Source: Rhodospirillaceae bacterium (GTDB taxonomy: Bacteria; Pseudomonadota; Alphaproteobacteria; SMXQ01). From it: a stretch of 64,000 nt of DNA. The stretch's first letter is position 1, and every line of letters begins with the position of its first letter. Below are positions 38,936 to 48,680 of this stretch, one piece after another. The position numbers were made by a program, and so were the translations under genes. The stretch covers positions 14,978 to 78,977 of the forward strand of contig CANJIM010000002.1 of assembly GCA_947474495.1 (NCBI GenBank), given 5' to 3'. Below the pieces are notes generated by a model. It saw only the letters and a program-made list of their open reading frames with translations. It was not told the origin of the DNA and did no database searches.

Positions 38936-39400
38936 TTAGGCGGCGTGACTGGTCGACGTGTCCGTCAGCAGCGAGAAGATCGCATCGCCGGTGTCAGAGC
39001 CGCGCAGCTTCTCGCACATCTCGCGATCGCGCAGCAGGCGCGACACGCGCGCCAGCGCCTTGAGATGATCGGCGCCGGCCGATTCGGGGGCCAGCAGCAG
39101 GAAGATGAGATCGACAGGCTGCTCGTCGACCGATTCGAAATCGATCGGCGTTTCCAGCCGCGCGAACACGCCGTAGAGATGCTTGAGGCCCGGCAGCTTG
39201 CCGTGCGGGATGGCGACGCCGGCGCCGACGCCGGTGGTCCCCAGCCGCTCGCGCTCAAGCAGCACTTCGAAGATGGCTCGTTCCTGCTCGCCGGTCAGGC
39301 CGGCGGCGAAACGGGCAAGCTCTTGCAGCGCTTGCTTCTTGCTGGTCGCCCGCAAGTTGGCAATCACGCTTTTCGGTGTAATCAAGTCGACGATCTCCAT
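38936..39400 (-). CDS. ptsN: PTS IIA-like nitrogen regulatory protein EIIA-Ntr
   Basis: 154 aa with the conserved His region (GVAIPHGK). It lies downstream of rpoN-hpf. Confidence 0.85.
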   Translation of the reverse strand: MEIVDLITPKSVIANLRATSKKQALQELARFAAGLTGEQERAIFEVLLERERLGTTGVGAGVAIPHGKLPGLKHLYGVFARLETPIDFESVDEQPVDLIFLLLAPESAGADHLKALARVSRLLRDREMCEKLRGSDTGDAIFSLLTDTSTSHAA

Positions 39401-39418
39401 GGCCGCCCCTGGCGCTCG

Positions 39419-39776
39419 TTAATCTTCGACCTCGTCATCGGCGTCATCGACGCCGGCGACGTCCTTCGCGCCTTCGGCGCGATGGTGGTCGCGCAGCTTG
39501 CGCTTGTGGCGCCGGAGCTGCTTGGCCGTACGTTCCAGGGCGAGGTCGAAAGCGGCGTAGGGGGCATCCGCTTCGCCATGGCCTTGGAATTGGATTTCGT
39601 GTCCGGCATTCACGTTGATGTCAGCACGAAACAAATGCGCCTCGCGGGAAAAGACGACTTTTCCCTCGATGGCGTTGCCGAAATATTTTTCGACGGATAC
39701 GGCCATATGCTCTTCGACATGGCTGCGCAAGGCGTCGCCGATGTCGATGTGCTGGCCCGAAACGGATATTTGCATG
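39419..39776 (-). CDS. hpf: Ribosome hibernation promoting factor / sigma-54 modulation protein
   Basis: Starts at MQISVSGQHIDIGDALRSHVEE, 119 aa. The longer ORF is an upstream read-through. Confidence 0.85.
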
Positions 39777-39936
39777 GTCCCCGCGATGAAAGTCTGAACT
39801 GACTGTGGCCGCTCTCGCCGACGCTCTGAGAGGGGCGAGAATGAGAGGGGATTTGAAAGTGCGCGCACCTTAAAACCGCCCCCCTATCAAGTCAACGAAA
39901 AGCCGTCCGGCGCGTTCCGGATATAGGTCTAAGTGA

Positions 39937-41484
39937 TTATAAAGACGAGGTTTTTTCGCGTCGGCGCTGGACCGAGGAGGGAATCCGCATGGCCTCGCGG
40001 TACTTCGCGACGGTGCGCCGGGCAATGTCGATTCCCTGGCCGTTGAGAATCTCGACGATGCGGTCGTCGGACAGCACCTCGGCCGGCTGCTCGGCGTCGA
40101 TCAATTCCTTGATGCGCGAGCGCACGGCTTCGGCCGAATGGGCGTCGCCGCCGCCGACCGAATTGGCGATCGCCGAGGTGAAGAAATACTTCATTTCGTA
40201 GATGCCGCGCGGCGTCGCCATGTACTTGTTGGTCGTGACGCGGCTGACCGTGCTTTCGTGCATGTCGATCACGGCGGCGATGTCGCGCAGAGTCAGCGGG
40301 CGCAGATGCTGCACGCCATGCTGGAAGAAGGCCTCCTGGCGGCGGACGATCTCGCTCGCCACCTTCAGGATCGTGGTCGCGCGCTGATGCAGCGAGCGGA
40401 CCAGCCAGTTGGCCGACTGCAGGCGGTCGGCGATGTAGTCCTTGTCCTGCTTGGAGCGGACGTCCTTGGTGACCTTGGCGTAGTAGGTCTGGTTGACCAG
40501 CACGCGCGGCAGGGTTTCGGCGTTGAGTTCGACCTGCCAGCCGCCCTTGGGATGCGGCTTGACCAGCACATCGGGGGTTACCGGCTGCGCCACTTGCGCG
40601 TCGAAGGCGAGACCGGGCTTCGGATCGAGGGCGCGGATCTCCTCGATCATCTGCACCAGGTCTTCGTTATCGACGGCGCAAATTTTGCGCAGCGCCACGA
40701 GGTCGCGCTTGGCCAGCAAGTCGAGATTGTCGAGTAGCGCCTGGATCGCCGGATCGAGCCGGTTGCGCTCGCGCAATTGCAAGGCGAGGCATTCGGAGAG
40801 CGAGCGGGCAAACACGCCGGGCGGATCGAAGGTCTGCAGTTTAACGAGGGTGCGTTCGACCAGGCCGATGTCGCAGCCGAGCCGATCCGCCAGTTCGGCG
40901 AGCTCGCCAGTGAGATAGCCGGCCTCGTCGAGCATTTCGATGAGATCGATGCCGATCAGCCGGTCGGCCGGATCGTCGAGCTCGATGTTGATCTGCGCCA
41001 GAAGATGGTCGCGCAGGCTGACGTCTTTCGACAGCGTATGCTCGAGGTTGTATTCGGCTTCCTCGAAATCGCCGCCACGGCTACCGCTGCCGCTGCCGCC
41101 GCTCCAATTGGCGAAGGCTTCCGGATCGCCCGCCGCGCCGTCCTCGCTCCAGACATTGCCGAAATCGGTGTCGAGCGGGCTTTCGCCCTCGCTCGGCATC
41201 GAATCGTTGCCGGCCATGTCGGCGCTGTCGCGCACGTCGGGTGCTTCGCCGACGTCGTCGCCGGTCTTCGCTTCGCCCTCGGCGCCTTCGGGGCGCGTGT
41301 CGCGCGCGATTTCCTCGCGTTCGGATTCCTCGCGCTCGAGCAGCGGGTTCTGCTCAAGCTCCTGCTCGACATAGGCCGAGAGTTCGAGATTGGAGAGCTG
41401 GAGCAGCTTGATCGCTTGCTGCAGCTGGGGCGTCATGACGAGCGATGTCGTCTGCCGCATGGTTAGTTTGGGGCCCATCGCCAT
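39937..41484 (-). CDS. rpoN: RNA polymerase sigma-54 factor
   Basis: 515 aa with the N-terminal LxxxQxLxLT region, a C-terminal RpoN box (ARRTVAKYRE) and an HTH. Confidence 0.9.
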   Translation of the reverse strand: MAMGPKLTMRQTTSLVMTPQLQQAIKLLQLSNLELSAYVEQELEQNPLLEREESEREEIARDTRPEGAEGEAKTGDDVGEAPDVRDSADMAGNDSMPSEGESPLDTDFGNVWSEDGAAGDPEAFANWSGGSGSGSRGGDFEEAEYNLEHTLSKDVSLRDHLLAQINIELDDPADRLIGIDLIEMLDEAGYLTGELAELADRLGCDIGLVERTLVKLQTFDPPGVFARSLSECLALQLRERNRLDPAIQALLDNLDLLAKRDLVALRKICAVDNEDLVQMIEEIRALDPKPGLAFDAQVAQPVTPDVLVKPHPKGGWQVELNAETLPRVLVNQTYYAKVTKDVRSKQDKDYIADRLQSANWLVRSLHQRATTILKVASEIVRRQEAFFQHGVQHLRPLTLRDIAAVIDMHESTVSRVTTNKYMATPRGIYEMKYFFTSAIANSVGGGDAHSAEAVRSRIKELIDAEQPAEVLSDDRIVEILNGQGIDIARRTVAKYREAMRIPSSVQRRREKTSSL

Positions 41485-41492
41485 GGCGGCGC

Positions 41493-42290
41493 CTAAAGGC
41501 TAAACCGTTCCCCGAGATAAACCCGGCGCACGTCTTCGTGCGCCACGATCTCCGAGGGAGCCCCTTCCATCAGCACGCGCCCGTCGTGCAGGATGTAAGC
41601 GCGATCGACGATGTCGAGCGTTTCGCGGACGTTGTGATCGGTGATCAGCACGCCGATGCCACGGTCTTTCAGATGCAGCACCAGATCGCGGATGTCGCCG
41701 ATGGCGATCGGATCGATGCCGGCGAGCGGTTCGTCGAGCAGCATGAATTGCGGACGTGAGGCGAGCGCGCGGGCGATCTCGACGCGGCGGCGTTCGCCGC
41801 CCGACAGGGCCAGCGCTGGCGTGCGCGCGAGATGACTGATCGAGAATTCGGCGAGCAGCTCTTCGAGCTCGGCTTCGCGCTTGTCGGCGGCCGGTTCGAC
41901 CGCTTCAAGCACGGCGCGGATGTTGTTGGCCACCGTCATGCCGCGGAAGATCGAGGCTTCTTGCGGCAGATAGCCGATCCCCATACGGGCGCGGCGGTAC
42001 ATCGGCAGATCGGTGATGTCGGCGCCGTCGAGCGTGATGGTGCCGTACTCGGCCGGGATGAGTCCGGTCATGATGTAAAAGCAGGTCGTCTTGCCGGCGC
42101 CGTTGGGGCCCAAGAGGCCGACCACTTCGCCGCGTTGGACGTGAATGGTGACGTCGCGCAGCACCGGGCGCTTCTTGAAACGCTTGCCGAGGTTGTGCGC
42201 CGACAGGCCCTGGTTGTCGCGCACCAGCTGCGGACCGCTGCCGGGCGCGGCGGCGGGGGGTGCGGCATGGAGGGAGGCGGGCGCGGCCAT
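41493..42290 (-). CDS. lptB: LPS export ABC transporter ATP-binding protein LptB
   Basis: Walker [10 protein letters not shown] and the ABC signature [15 protein letters not shown]. The start was chosen at MAAPASL. The first in-frame ATG at 42362 adds a P/R-rich extension that is unlikely to be real. Confidence 0.85.
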   Translation of the reverse strand: MAAPASLHAAPPAAAPGSGPQLVRDNQGLSAHNLGKRFKKRPVLRDVTIHVQRGEVVGLLGPNGAGKTTCFYIMTGLIPAEYGTITLDGADITDLPMYRRARMGIGYLPQEASIFRGMTVANNIRAVLEAVEPAADKREAELEELLAEFSISHLARTPALALSGGERRRVEIARALASRPQFMLLDEPLAGIDPIAIGDIRDLVLHLKDRGIGVLITDHNVRETLDIVDRAYILHDGRVLMEGAPSEIVAHEDVRRVYLGERFSL

Positions 42291-42297
42291 CGGCGGT

Positions 42298-43287
42298 TCA
42301 GTTCCGCTTCGGCGCGGCGGGCGCAGAGGAGGCCGGGGCCTCTTCGCGTTTTTCGGGCACAAGCAGGGCGCGGACCGGTCCGCTGGCGCGGCCCGGCTGG
42401 TTGATCATTCGGCTGATCCCCGTGCGCATGTTCACTTCCGCCGCGTCTCCATTCAATTGGTTCTGGCCGCGCGTAATTTTAACCGATCCGGTCAGCGTCG
42501 CGATACCCGAATCCTCGAAGTAAACCCCGCGCTCGCCGCGCGCCACTTCTTCGGGCGTCGTGATCACGACGTTGCCGACGGCATCCATGCGCTCCAAGCG
42601 TGAATCACCTTGCGTTTGCCGACCGCTGCGCGTCGTTGTGGCGCTGTTGTTGGTCGCCACGCGAGTTGGTGTAGCGGCAGGCTTGGCAGCCGTCTGGCCG
42701 TTCGCCTGCTGTTGGCTATTCGATGGCTTAAACGTCGCGGTCAGCGTATCGGCGCGGATGCGGCGACCGTCTTCCGTGACAGTAAGCGCGTCGCCGCGCG
42801 CGATGGCGAGGTTTTTCTTGTCCCAATATTCCAGGCGGTCGCGCGCCGTGATGGTTTCGCGCGGCGTCACCAGCTTCAAGTTGTTGCCGGTCATGATCAG
42901 CGCGCCGTCGTCGATGGTGTAGACGGCATGCTGGCCATAGGCGGTTTCTTCGGTCGAGACGATGCGCACGTTGCCGTCCGCTTCGATCTTCCAGACTTCC
43001 GAACCGCCGCTGGCCGCTCCGGCCACTGCCGCCTTGCGGTAGTGCGCCGTCAGCGTGTCGGCATAGACCGTGGTGGTGCCCTTGATCGCCTTGGCGTTGC
43101 CGCGTGCGATGTAGGTGTTGTCGTTTTGGCGCCATTCGATGCCGTTGTCGGCATAGACCTCGAGCGGCACGTCGTCGTTGCTGCCGCCGCCGAGGCCGAG
43201 GCCCTGGGCAAAACTCTGGGGCGCGTAGGCCTGCGTCGCGGCGAGGAGAGCCAAGAGAGCGAGGATGAACATCTTCGCGCGGGTCAT
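42298..43287 (-). CDS. lptA: LPS transport periplasmic protein LptA (OstA-like), with an inserted Q/T/A-rich linker
   Basis: Signal peptide plus an OstA-N beta-jellyroll. A ~40-aa low-complexity insert ([34 protein letters not shown]) splits the fold. Total length is 329 aa, against ~185-220 typical. Confidence 0.65.
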   Translation of the reverse strand: MTRAKMFILALLALLAATQAYAPQSFAQGLGLGGGSNDDVPLEVYADNGIEWRQNDNTYIARGNAKAIKGTTTVYADTLTAHYRKAAVAGAASGGSEVWKIEADGNVRIVSTEETAYGQHAVYTIDDGALIMTGNNLKLVTPRETITARDRLEYWDKKNLAIARGDALTVTEDGRRIRADTLTATFKPSNSQQQANGQTAAKPAATPTRVATNNSATTTRSGRQTQGDSRLERMDAVGNVVITTPEEVARGERGVYFEDSGIATLTGSVKITRGQNQLNGDAAEVNMRTGISRMINQPGRASGPVRALLVPEKREEAPASSAPAAPKRN

Positions 43288-44051
43288 GGCCGGCGCTCCG
43301 CCGTGTTGGCCGACGGCTTCTTGGTGGACGGCTGCGGCGAACTGTCGCCTTCGGAATAGAGCACGACCTTCGATTTACCGGTGAAGATAATAGTCTTTCC
43401 CTTGTCGAGCAGGCGGAAGCCTTCGCCCTCGGCGTCGCCGAACGGGCCGTGGCCGGTAATGCGTTCGTTGCCTTCGGCGGTGCCCTTGGTGAGGTCGACG
43501 CGCGCCGTCGGGCTGTTGAATTCGTAGCCCGAGTCGTGGAACAGGTTCACCCCGCCGAAGAGATCCAGCAGTTGAGTCTTCTGGCCGTAATTGCCTTCCG
43601 GCGCCTCGATGGCGATCCAGGTGCCGTCGGAGAGCGTCATGTCGGCCTTCGGCTTTTCCAATTCGATATCGTCGGCCTTGGGCGAATCTTGATTGGCGAC
43701 CTCGGCCGCGACCTCGGCCGTCACTTCGTAGGGCAGTTGGTTTTGGTCAAGCCCGGTGTAGCGCGGGTTGATCATGCGCAGACGTTCGGCATCGCCGATC
43801 TTCAATTCGGAAAAGCCCAGGTTGAATCCGCTATCGCGCGGCTGCAACTGCGGCCAGATGAACACGGCGGCGATCAGCGCCACGGCGACGGTCGGCAGCA
43901 GCAGTTTGGCGAGGGTCACGAAGCGCGAATAGCTGCCGCGCGGCGTGTCGCGCAGGCGACGGCGCGCGCGATGTACGCGGCGCGCAGTCTCGCCGATGCT
44001 GCCCGCAGGCAGATCGTCGTCGGAGCTGTTGCTGGCGTCGTTCACGGTCAT
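43284..44051 (-). CDS. lptC: LPS export system protein LptC
   Basis: N-terminal TM anchor (LAKLLLPTVAVALIAAVFIW) plus a periplasmic LptC-like domain. The position between kdsD and lptA supports the call. The ATG at 44049-44051 overlaps the kdsD stop. Confidence 0.6.
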   Translation of the reverse strand: MTVNDASNSSDDDLPAGSIGETARRVHRARRRLRDTPRGSYSRFVTLAKLLLPTVAVALIAAVFIWPQLQPRDSGFNLGFSELKIGDAERLRMINPRYTGLDQNQLPYEVTAEVAAEVANQDSPKADDIELEKPKADMTLSDGTWIAIEAPEGNYGQKTQLLDLFGGVNLFHDSGYEFNSPTARVDLTKGTAEGNERITGHGPFGDAEGEGFRLLDKGKTIIFTGKSKVVLYSEGDSSPQPSTKKPSANTAERRP

Positions 44052-45124
44052 GCGAGCCCGGAACGCAGGCAATCGTGAATATGGAGGATGCCGACGGTCT
44101 TGCCTTTGTCGACCACGAAAAGCGTGGTGATGCTGCGCGCGTTCATGACGCCGAGCGCTTCGTCGGCGAGCGCCTGCGGACGGATCGTCACGGGGGCGGC
44201 GGTCATCATCTCGCCGGCTGTCTTGGTGAGCAGTTTCGGCGACATGTTGCGGCGCAAGTCGCCGTCGGTGACGACGCCGAGCAGCTTGTTCTTCGCATCG
44301 ACGACGCCGACGCAGCCGAAATGCTTGGCGGTCATCTCGATCAGCGCCTTGTCCATCGTCATCTTGCCGGGCACCAGCGGCAGCTCGCTACCGATGTGCA
44401 TGATGTCGGAGACCTTGAGCAGCTTACGGCCCAGGCGTCCGCCGGGATGGCGCATCTGGAATTCATCGGCGGTAAAGCCGCGGCGCTCCATCAGCGCGAC
44501 CGCGATGGCATCACCGAGTGCCAGCGTCATGGTCGTCGAGGTGGTCGGCGCCAAGCCCATCGGGCAGGCCTCGGCGGCGGCCGGCAGCACGAGCGCGACG
44601 TCGGCGTTATCGGCGAGCGAGCTCGGCTTGCGGCCGGTGATGGCAATCAGCGGAATGCGAAAGCGACGCGTATGGGCGACGAGATCGGTGAGTTCCGCGG
44701 TCTCGCCGGAATTGGACAGCGCCAGCACGACATCGCCGCGCGTAATCATGCCGAGATCGCCGTGGCTGGCTTCGCCGGGATGGACGAAGAAGGCCGGCGT
44801 GCCGGTTGAGGCAAGCGTCGCCGCGATCTTGTGCGCGACATGGCCGCTCTTGCCCATGCCGGAAACGACGACGCGGCCTTGGCAGGCCATCATCAGGTCG
44901 AGGGCGCGCGAGAAGTCGGCGTCGAGGGTGCGGGCCAGCGCCGCGATGCCTTCGGCCTCAAGATTGAAGACCCGTTGGGCGGCGGCCATGTCGCCAGCAT
45001 GCCTGGAGCCCTGCTCCGGAGCGACACGGAGCGCTTTGCGTGATTTCATGGAGATGACCTTGGCGCCCCGGTCCTTGCTGGGCGTCTCTTTGGGCGCGCG
45101 GGGTTTGGCCGTCCGAGCTTTCAT
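44048..45124 (-). CDS. kdsD: Arabinose-5-phosphate isomerase (KpsF/GutQ family; SIS + tandem CBS)
   Basis: SIS domain (VVVSGMGKSGHVAHKIAATLASTG) and two CBS domains. The start is uncertain: ATG 45124 or 45049. The first ATG at 45220 gives a P/A/R-rich extension. Confidence 0.8.
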   Translation of the reverse strand: MKARTAKPRAPKETPSKDRGAKVISMKSRKALRVAPEQGSRHAGDMAAAQRVFNLEAEGIAALARTLDADFSRALDLMMACQGRVVVSGMGKSGHVAHKIAATLASTGTPAFFVHPGEASHGDLGMITRGDVVLALSNSGETAELTDLVAHTRRFRIPLIAITGRKPSSLADNADVALVLPAAAEACPMGLAPTTSTTMTLALGDAIAVALMERRGFTADEFQMRHPGGRLGRKLLKVSDIMHIGSELPLVPGKMTMDKALIEMTAKHFGCVGVVDAKNKLLGVVTDGDLRRNMSPKLLTKTAGEMMTAAPVTIRPQALADEALGVMNARSITTLFVVDKGKTVGILHIHDCLRSGLA

Positions 45125-45300
45125 GTCGTCTCGCCGAAGCGGTCGAAGGGGGGCGTAAGCCGGCGGGGCGGGCGCCCCGGCTGGCCAGCTATATGTGTTT
45201 ACTCCCTTCGCCCCGATCAATCAAAGAATTGCGGCGCGGAAAAGGCGCTAAATCGGCGGAATCCCTCAGCTTTTACAGCCGCGGACGGGGTGGGCGGGCC

Positions 45301-45924
45301 TTAATGGGCGAAGATGTCGTCGTCGGCCCAGCCGCCGATGTCGAGGGTGGCGCGCGCCGGCAGGAAGCGGAAACAGGCTTCGGCCAGCTCCATACGGCCT
45401 TCCCGCAGCAGCATGGCGTCGAGCTTGGCCTTGATGGCGTGCAGGTACAGCACATCCGAGGCGGCGTAATCGAGCTGCTCGGGGGTCAGTTTGGCGGCGC
45501 CCCAGTCGGAGCTTTGCTGCTGCTTGGACAGATCGGTGCCGGTCAATTCGCGGCACAGATCCTTCAGCGAATGGCGGTCGGTGAAGGTGCGCACCAGGCG
45601 CGAGGCGATCTTGGTGCAATAGACCGGCGTGCAGTCGACGCCGAGGTAATATTTGATCGCCGCGACATCGAAGCGCGCGAAATGGAAAATCTTCGTGACG
45701 TTCGGATTGGCCATCAAAGCCGCCAAATTCGGCGCTTTATAGGGCCGTTCGGCGATCGGACCGGGAAACTGCACGAGATGACAGTTGCCGTCGCCGGCCG
45801 ACAGTTGCACGAGGCAGAGCCGGTCGCGCAAGTGGCGCAGGCCCATGGTCTCGCTATCGACGGCAACGCTCGAGCCGAAGTCGAGCCCGTCGGGCAGATC
45901 GTTCTGATGGAGAAAATTGGCCAA
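45301..45924 (-). CDS. rnd: RNase D-like 3-prime-5-prime exonuclease (DEDDy, short form)
   Basis: 207 aa with exo motifs (VAVDSETMGL, YAASDVLYL). Confidence 0.75.
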   Translation of the reverse strand: MANFLHQNDLPDGLDFGSSVAVDSETMGLRHLRDRLCLVQLSAGDGNCHLVQFPGPIAERPYKAPNLAALMANPNVTKIFHFARFDVAAIKYYLGVDCTPVYCTKIASRLVRTFTDRHSLKDLCRELTGTDLSKQQQSSDWGAAKLTPEQLDYAASDVLYLHAIKAKLDAMLLREGRMELAEACFRFLPARATLDIGGWADDDIFAH

Positions 45925-45964
45925 AGCAGTCCGTCCTTATGTCGCGCCGCGTGCGGCGAGAGAG

Positions 45965-46051
45965 TGGTGCCCAGGAGAAGACTCGAACTTCCACGAGCTT
46001 GCGCCCGCTAGCACCTGAAGCTAGTGCGTCTACCAATTCCGCCACCTGGGC
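45965..46051 (-). tRNA. tRNA-Leu (anticodon CAG)
   Basis: Reverse complement: GCCCAGGTGGCGGAATTGGTAGACGC...anticodon loop TTCAGGT...long variable arm...TTCGAGTC...CCTGGGCACCA. Length is 87 nt, with a 7-bp acceptor stem. Confidence 0.9.
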
Positions 46052-46327
46052 ACACAGGCTCGGACACGCGGCGGCAGGTAGGGTCCGCCGCGAGCCGGTT
46101 TGGATAGACGGCGGCGGCGCGAAAGTCAACCGGCGCCTGAGAAAGCGGGCTCTCAATGCCGGTTGGCCAAAGGGCGCTCCGAATCGGCAAAATGCCGCCA
46201 GCGGCAAGGGCTTGCCCCCGGCGCAGTTGACGCCTTTCGCGCTAGCGAATATTCACCCACAGACAGTCTATAGTCGCTTCATGGCGCCCGCCCGGGCGCC
46301 CGAGTCAATCGGTCAGAGGGTCAAGTC

Positions 46328-47275
46328 ATGGCGATCAAGCGCGTCACGGTGTTCGGCGGGTCCGGCTTTATCGGCCGTCACTTGGTGCAGCGCCTGGCGC
46401 GCGCTGGCGTGCGCGTTACCGTCGCGGTGCGCTCGCCGCGCCAAGCCGATTTCCTGCGTCCGCGCGGCGACGTCGGCCAGATCGCCCCGGTCGCCGCCGA
46501 CATCCTCGATGAGGCGGCGGTCGCCGCCGCCGTGGCCGGCGCCGACGGCGTCGTCAATCTCGTCGGCATTCTCTATGCGCGCGGCCGTTATGGCTTCGAT
46601 GCCGTCCACGCCGAAGGCGCTGAGATCATCGCCAAGGCTGCCGCCGCCGCCGGCGTGCAGCGCCTGGTGCATCTGTCGGCCATCGGCGCCGATGCCGAGT
46701 CGCCCTCGGCCTATGCGCGCTCGAAAGCGGCCGGCGAGGCCGCCGTGCGCGCCGCCTTCCCGCAGGCGACTATCCTGCGCCCGAGCGTGCTGTTTGGGCC
46801 GGAAGACGATTTCTTCAACTGCTTCGCCGCCATGGCGCGCATGTCGCCGGCCCTACCGCTGTTCGGCGGCGGCGAGACGAAGTTCCAGCCGGTCTATGTC
46901 GGCGACGTTGCCGACGCTATCGTGAAAAGCCTGACCGAGCCGAGCGCTGCGGGCCGCACCTTCGAACTGGGCGGGCCGACCGTCTACACGTTCGAGGAAC
47001 TGATGCGTTTGGTGCTGAGCGAGACGGGCCGCGAAGCGGCGCTGATCAAATTGCCGTTCTTTGCCGCCGACGTGATCGGCACCTTCGCGCCGCTGTTTCC
47101 GCTCGGCGCGCCGTTGCTGACGCGCGATCAAGCCAAGCTGCTGCGCATCGATAATGTCGTGCATGACGGCGCTGCGGGCTTTGCCCAACTGGGCATCCTG
47201 CCGACGGCGGCGGAAGCGATTTTGCCGAGTTATCTGGCGCGGTTCCGTAGGGGCGGCGGCGTTTACGCCAGCTAA
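46328..47275 (+). CDS. NAD(P)H-binding epimerase/dehydratase-family protein (complex I NDUFA9-like)
   Basis: N-terminal VTVFGGSGFIGRHLV Rossmann motif; 315 aa. Confidence 0.75.
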   Translation: MAIKRVTVFGGSGFIGRHLVQRLARAGVRVTVAVRSPRQADFLRPRGDVGQIAPVAADILDEAAVAAAVAGADGVVNLVGILYARGRYGFDAVHAEGAEIIAKAAAAAGVQRLVHLSAIGADAESPSAYARSKAAGEAAVRAAFPQATILRPSVLFGPEDDFFNCFAAMARMSPALPLFGGGETKFQPVYVGDVADAIVKSLTEPSAAGRTFELGGPTVYTFEELMRLVLSETGREAALIKLPFFAADVIGTFAPLFPLGAPLLTRDQAKLLRIDNVVHDGAAGFAQLGILPTAAEAILPSYLARFRRGGGVYAS

Positions 47276-47317
47276 CGATATAGGCCCGTTTTACGGGACC
47301 ATTTGGCGCTGAGGCGC

Positions 47318-48142
47318 CTACGGCACCATATGCGGGCCGCCGAAGCCGTAGACCCAAATCAGCAGGCCGACGCCGAGCGCCACGCGATAGATGACGAACG
47401 GCGTGAAGTTCGCTGTCCGCAGCCAATTCATCAAGAAGGCCACCGTCGCCAGCGAGGCGAGAAACGCACCGCCGGCCGCGAGCGCGGCGTCGTGCAGATG
47501 CGCGCCGCCGTCGGCGCCCTTGGAAATTTCATAGACGCCGAGCAGGCCGGCGCCGAGCGTGACCGGCAATGAGACGAGGAACGAGAAGCGCGCCGCGTCG
47601 CGCCGCTCGAATCCCATGGCGCGGCCGGCGGTCATGGTGATGCCGGAGCGGCTGGTGCCGGGAATCAGCGCGATGCACTGGGCGAGGCCGACGATCAGCG
47701 CGGCTTGCCAAGTCATGTGCTCGATGCGCTTGAGGCGCACACCCCAACGGTCGGCCACGTAAAGCAGGATGCCGAAGATCGTCGCCGTCCAGCCGATGAT
47801 GGCGACGCTGCGCAGCGCCGTCTCGGCATAGTCCTTGATCAAGAGGCCGGCGATCACCGCCGGGATGGTGGCGATGATGACGAAACCGGCGAGCTTGGCG
47901 CCGGGGGTCACTTTGCCGCGCAACAGGTTCAAGAGGCCGACAATCATCGCCAGCACGTCGCGCCAGAAGTAGAGGGCGATGGCGCAGAAGGTGCCGAGAT
48001 GGAGCGAGGCATCGACCATGAGGCCCTGGTCGGGCCAGCCGGTGATCACCGGAACGAGAATGAGATGGGCGGAGGAACTAATGGGCAGGAGTTCGGTCAG
48101 ACCCTGCAGGAGGGCGAGAACAATAATGTTGAGGACGGTCAC
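47318..48142 (-). CDS. uppP: Undecaprenyl-diphosphate phosphatase
   Basis: UppP/BacA motifs (LPISSSAHL, PGTSRSG). A GTG start at 48140-48142 follows a GGGAG RBS. The 398-aa ORF extension upstream was rejected. Confidence 0.85.
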   Translation of the reverse strand: MTVLNIIVLALLQGLTELLPISSSAHLILVPVITGWPDQGLMVDASLHLGTFCAIALYFWRDVLAMIVGLLNLLRGKVTPGAKLAGFVIIATIPAVIAGLLIKDYAETALRSVAIIGWTATIFGILLYVADRWGVRLKRIEHMTWQAALIVGLAQCIALIPGTSRSGITMTAGRAMGFERRDAARFSFLVSLPVTLGAGLLGVYEISKGADGGAHLHDAALAAGGAFLASLATVAFLMNWLRTANFTPFVIYRVALGVGLLIWVYGFGGPHMVP

Positions 48143-48680
48143 GTTCGCTCCCTGACTTGCCCAGGGAGGCCGCGTGGGACGCCCTAGAGCCTTGAATCTG
48201 CGCCGAATCTTGGCCCGGATCGGCTTATAGCACTCTGCCTGGACGGCACGAATCATAAAATTAGGCCCACCGCGTGACCAATCTATGCCGGGCCACCCGG
48301 CGCTAGAGGCGGGAAATTGCTGAATAAATTGCTTTGCAGGGGCAGATAGGTCACCTATATTGACCTTCTTTGGAGATTCTCCTCGCCTGGCTAGGGAAAC
48401 TGGCTTAAGAGGGGCAAAAGCCGCGGCCGGAGAATATTTCGGCCTGCGGAAGGTCTCTTCAGGGAAGAGCCGAGCGATGCCGCGCCCAGGATGGGGCGGA
48501 TCTAACGAAGACACCCAGGGAGGGCGCGTCGGGCAAGGGCCCGCCGGCGGCTTCCGTTTTGCTTGCGCCAGTCACTGCGTTCGTCGGCCCGGGATCGGTC
48601 CCGGGACGCCCGTGCGAGGTCCGGCGGCAGGCGTCACGAATTCGGGCACCGCCCGCGCAACGAGCGAGAGAGACCGCGTC

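Noticed and set aside
47318-48514. 398-aa version of the uppP ORF
   Set aside because: UppP homology starts at the GTG at 48140-48142 (VTVLNIIVLALLQG) behind a GGGAG RBS. The upstream 124 aa are unrelated low-complexity sequence.
48360-48680. N-terminally extended GltD (in-frame ATG at 48477)
   Set aside because: The extra 68 aa are G/P/R-rich with no counterpart in GltD. Homology to GltD begins exactly at MSQHML (48681), which has its own purine-rich RBS.
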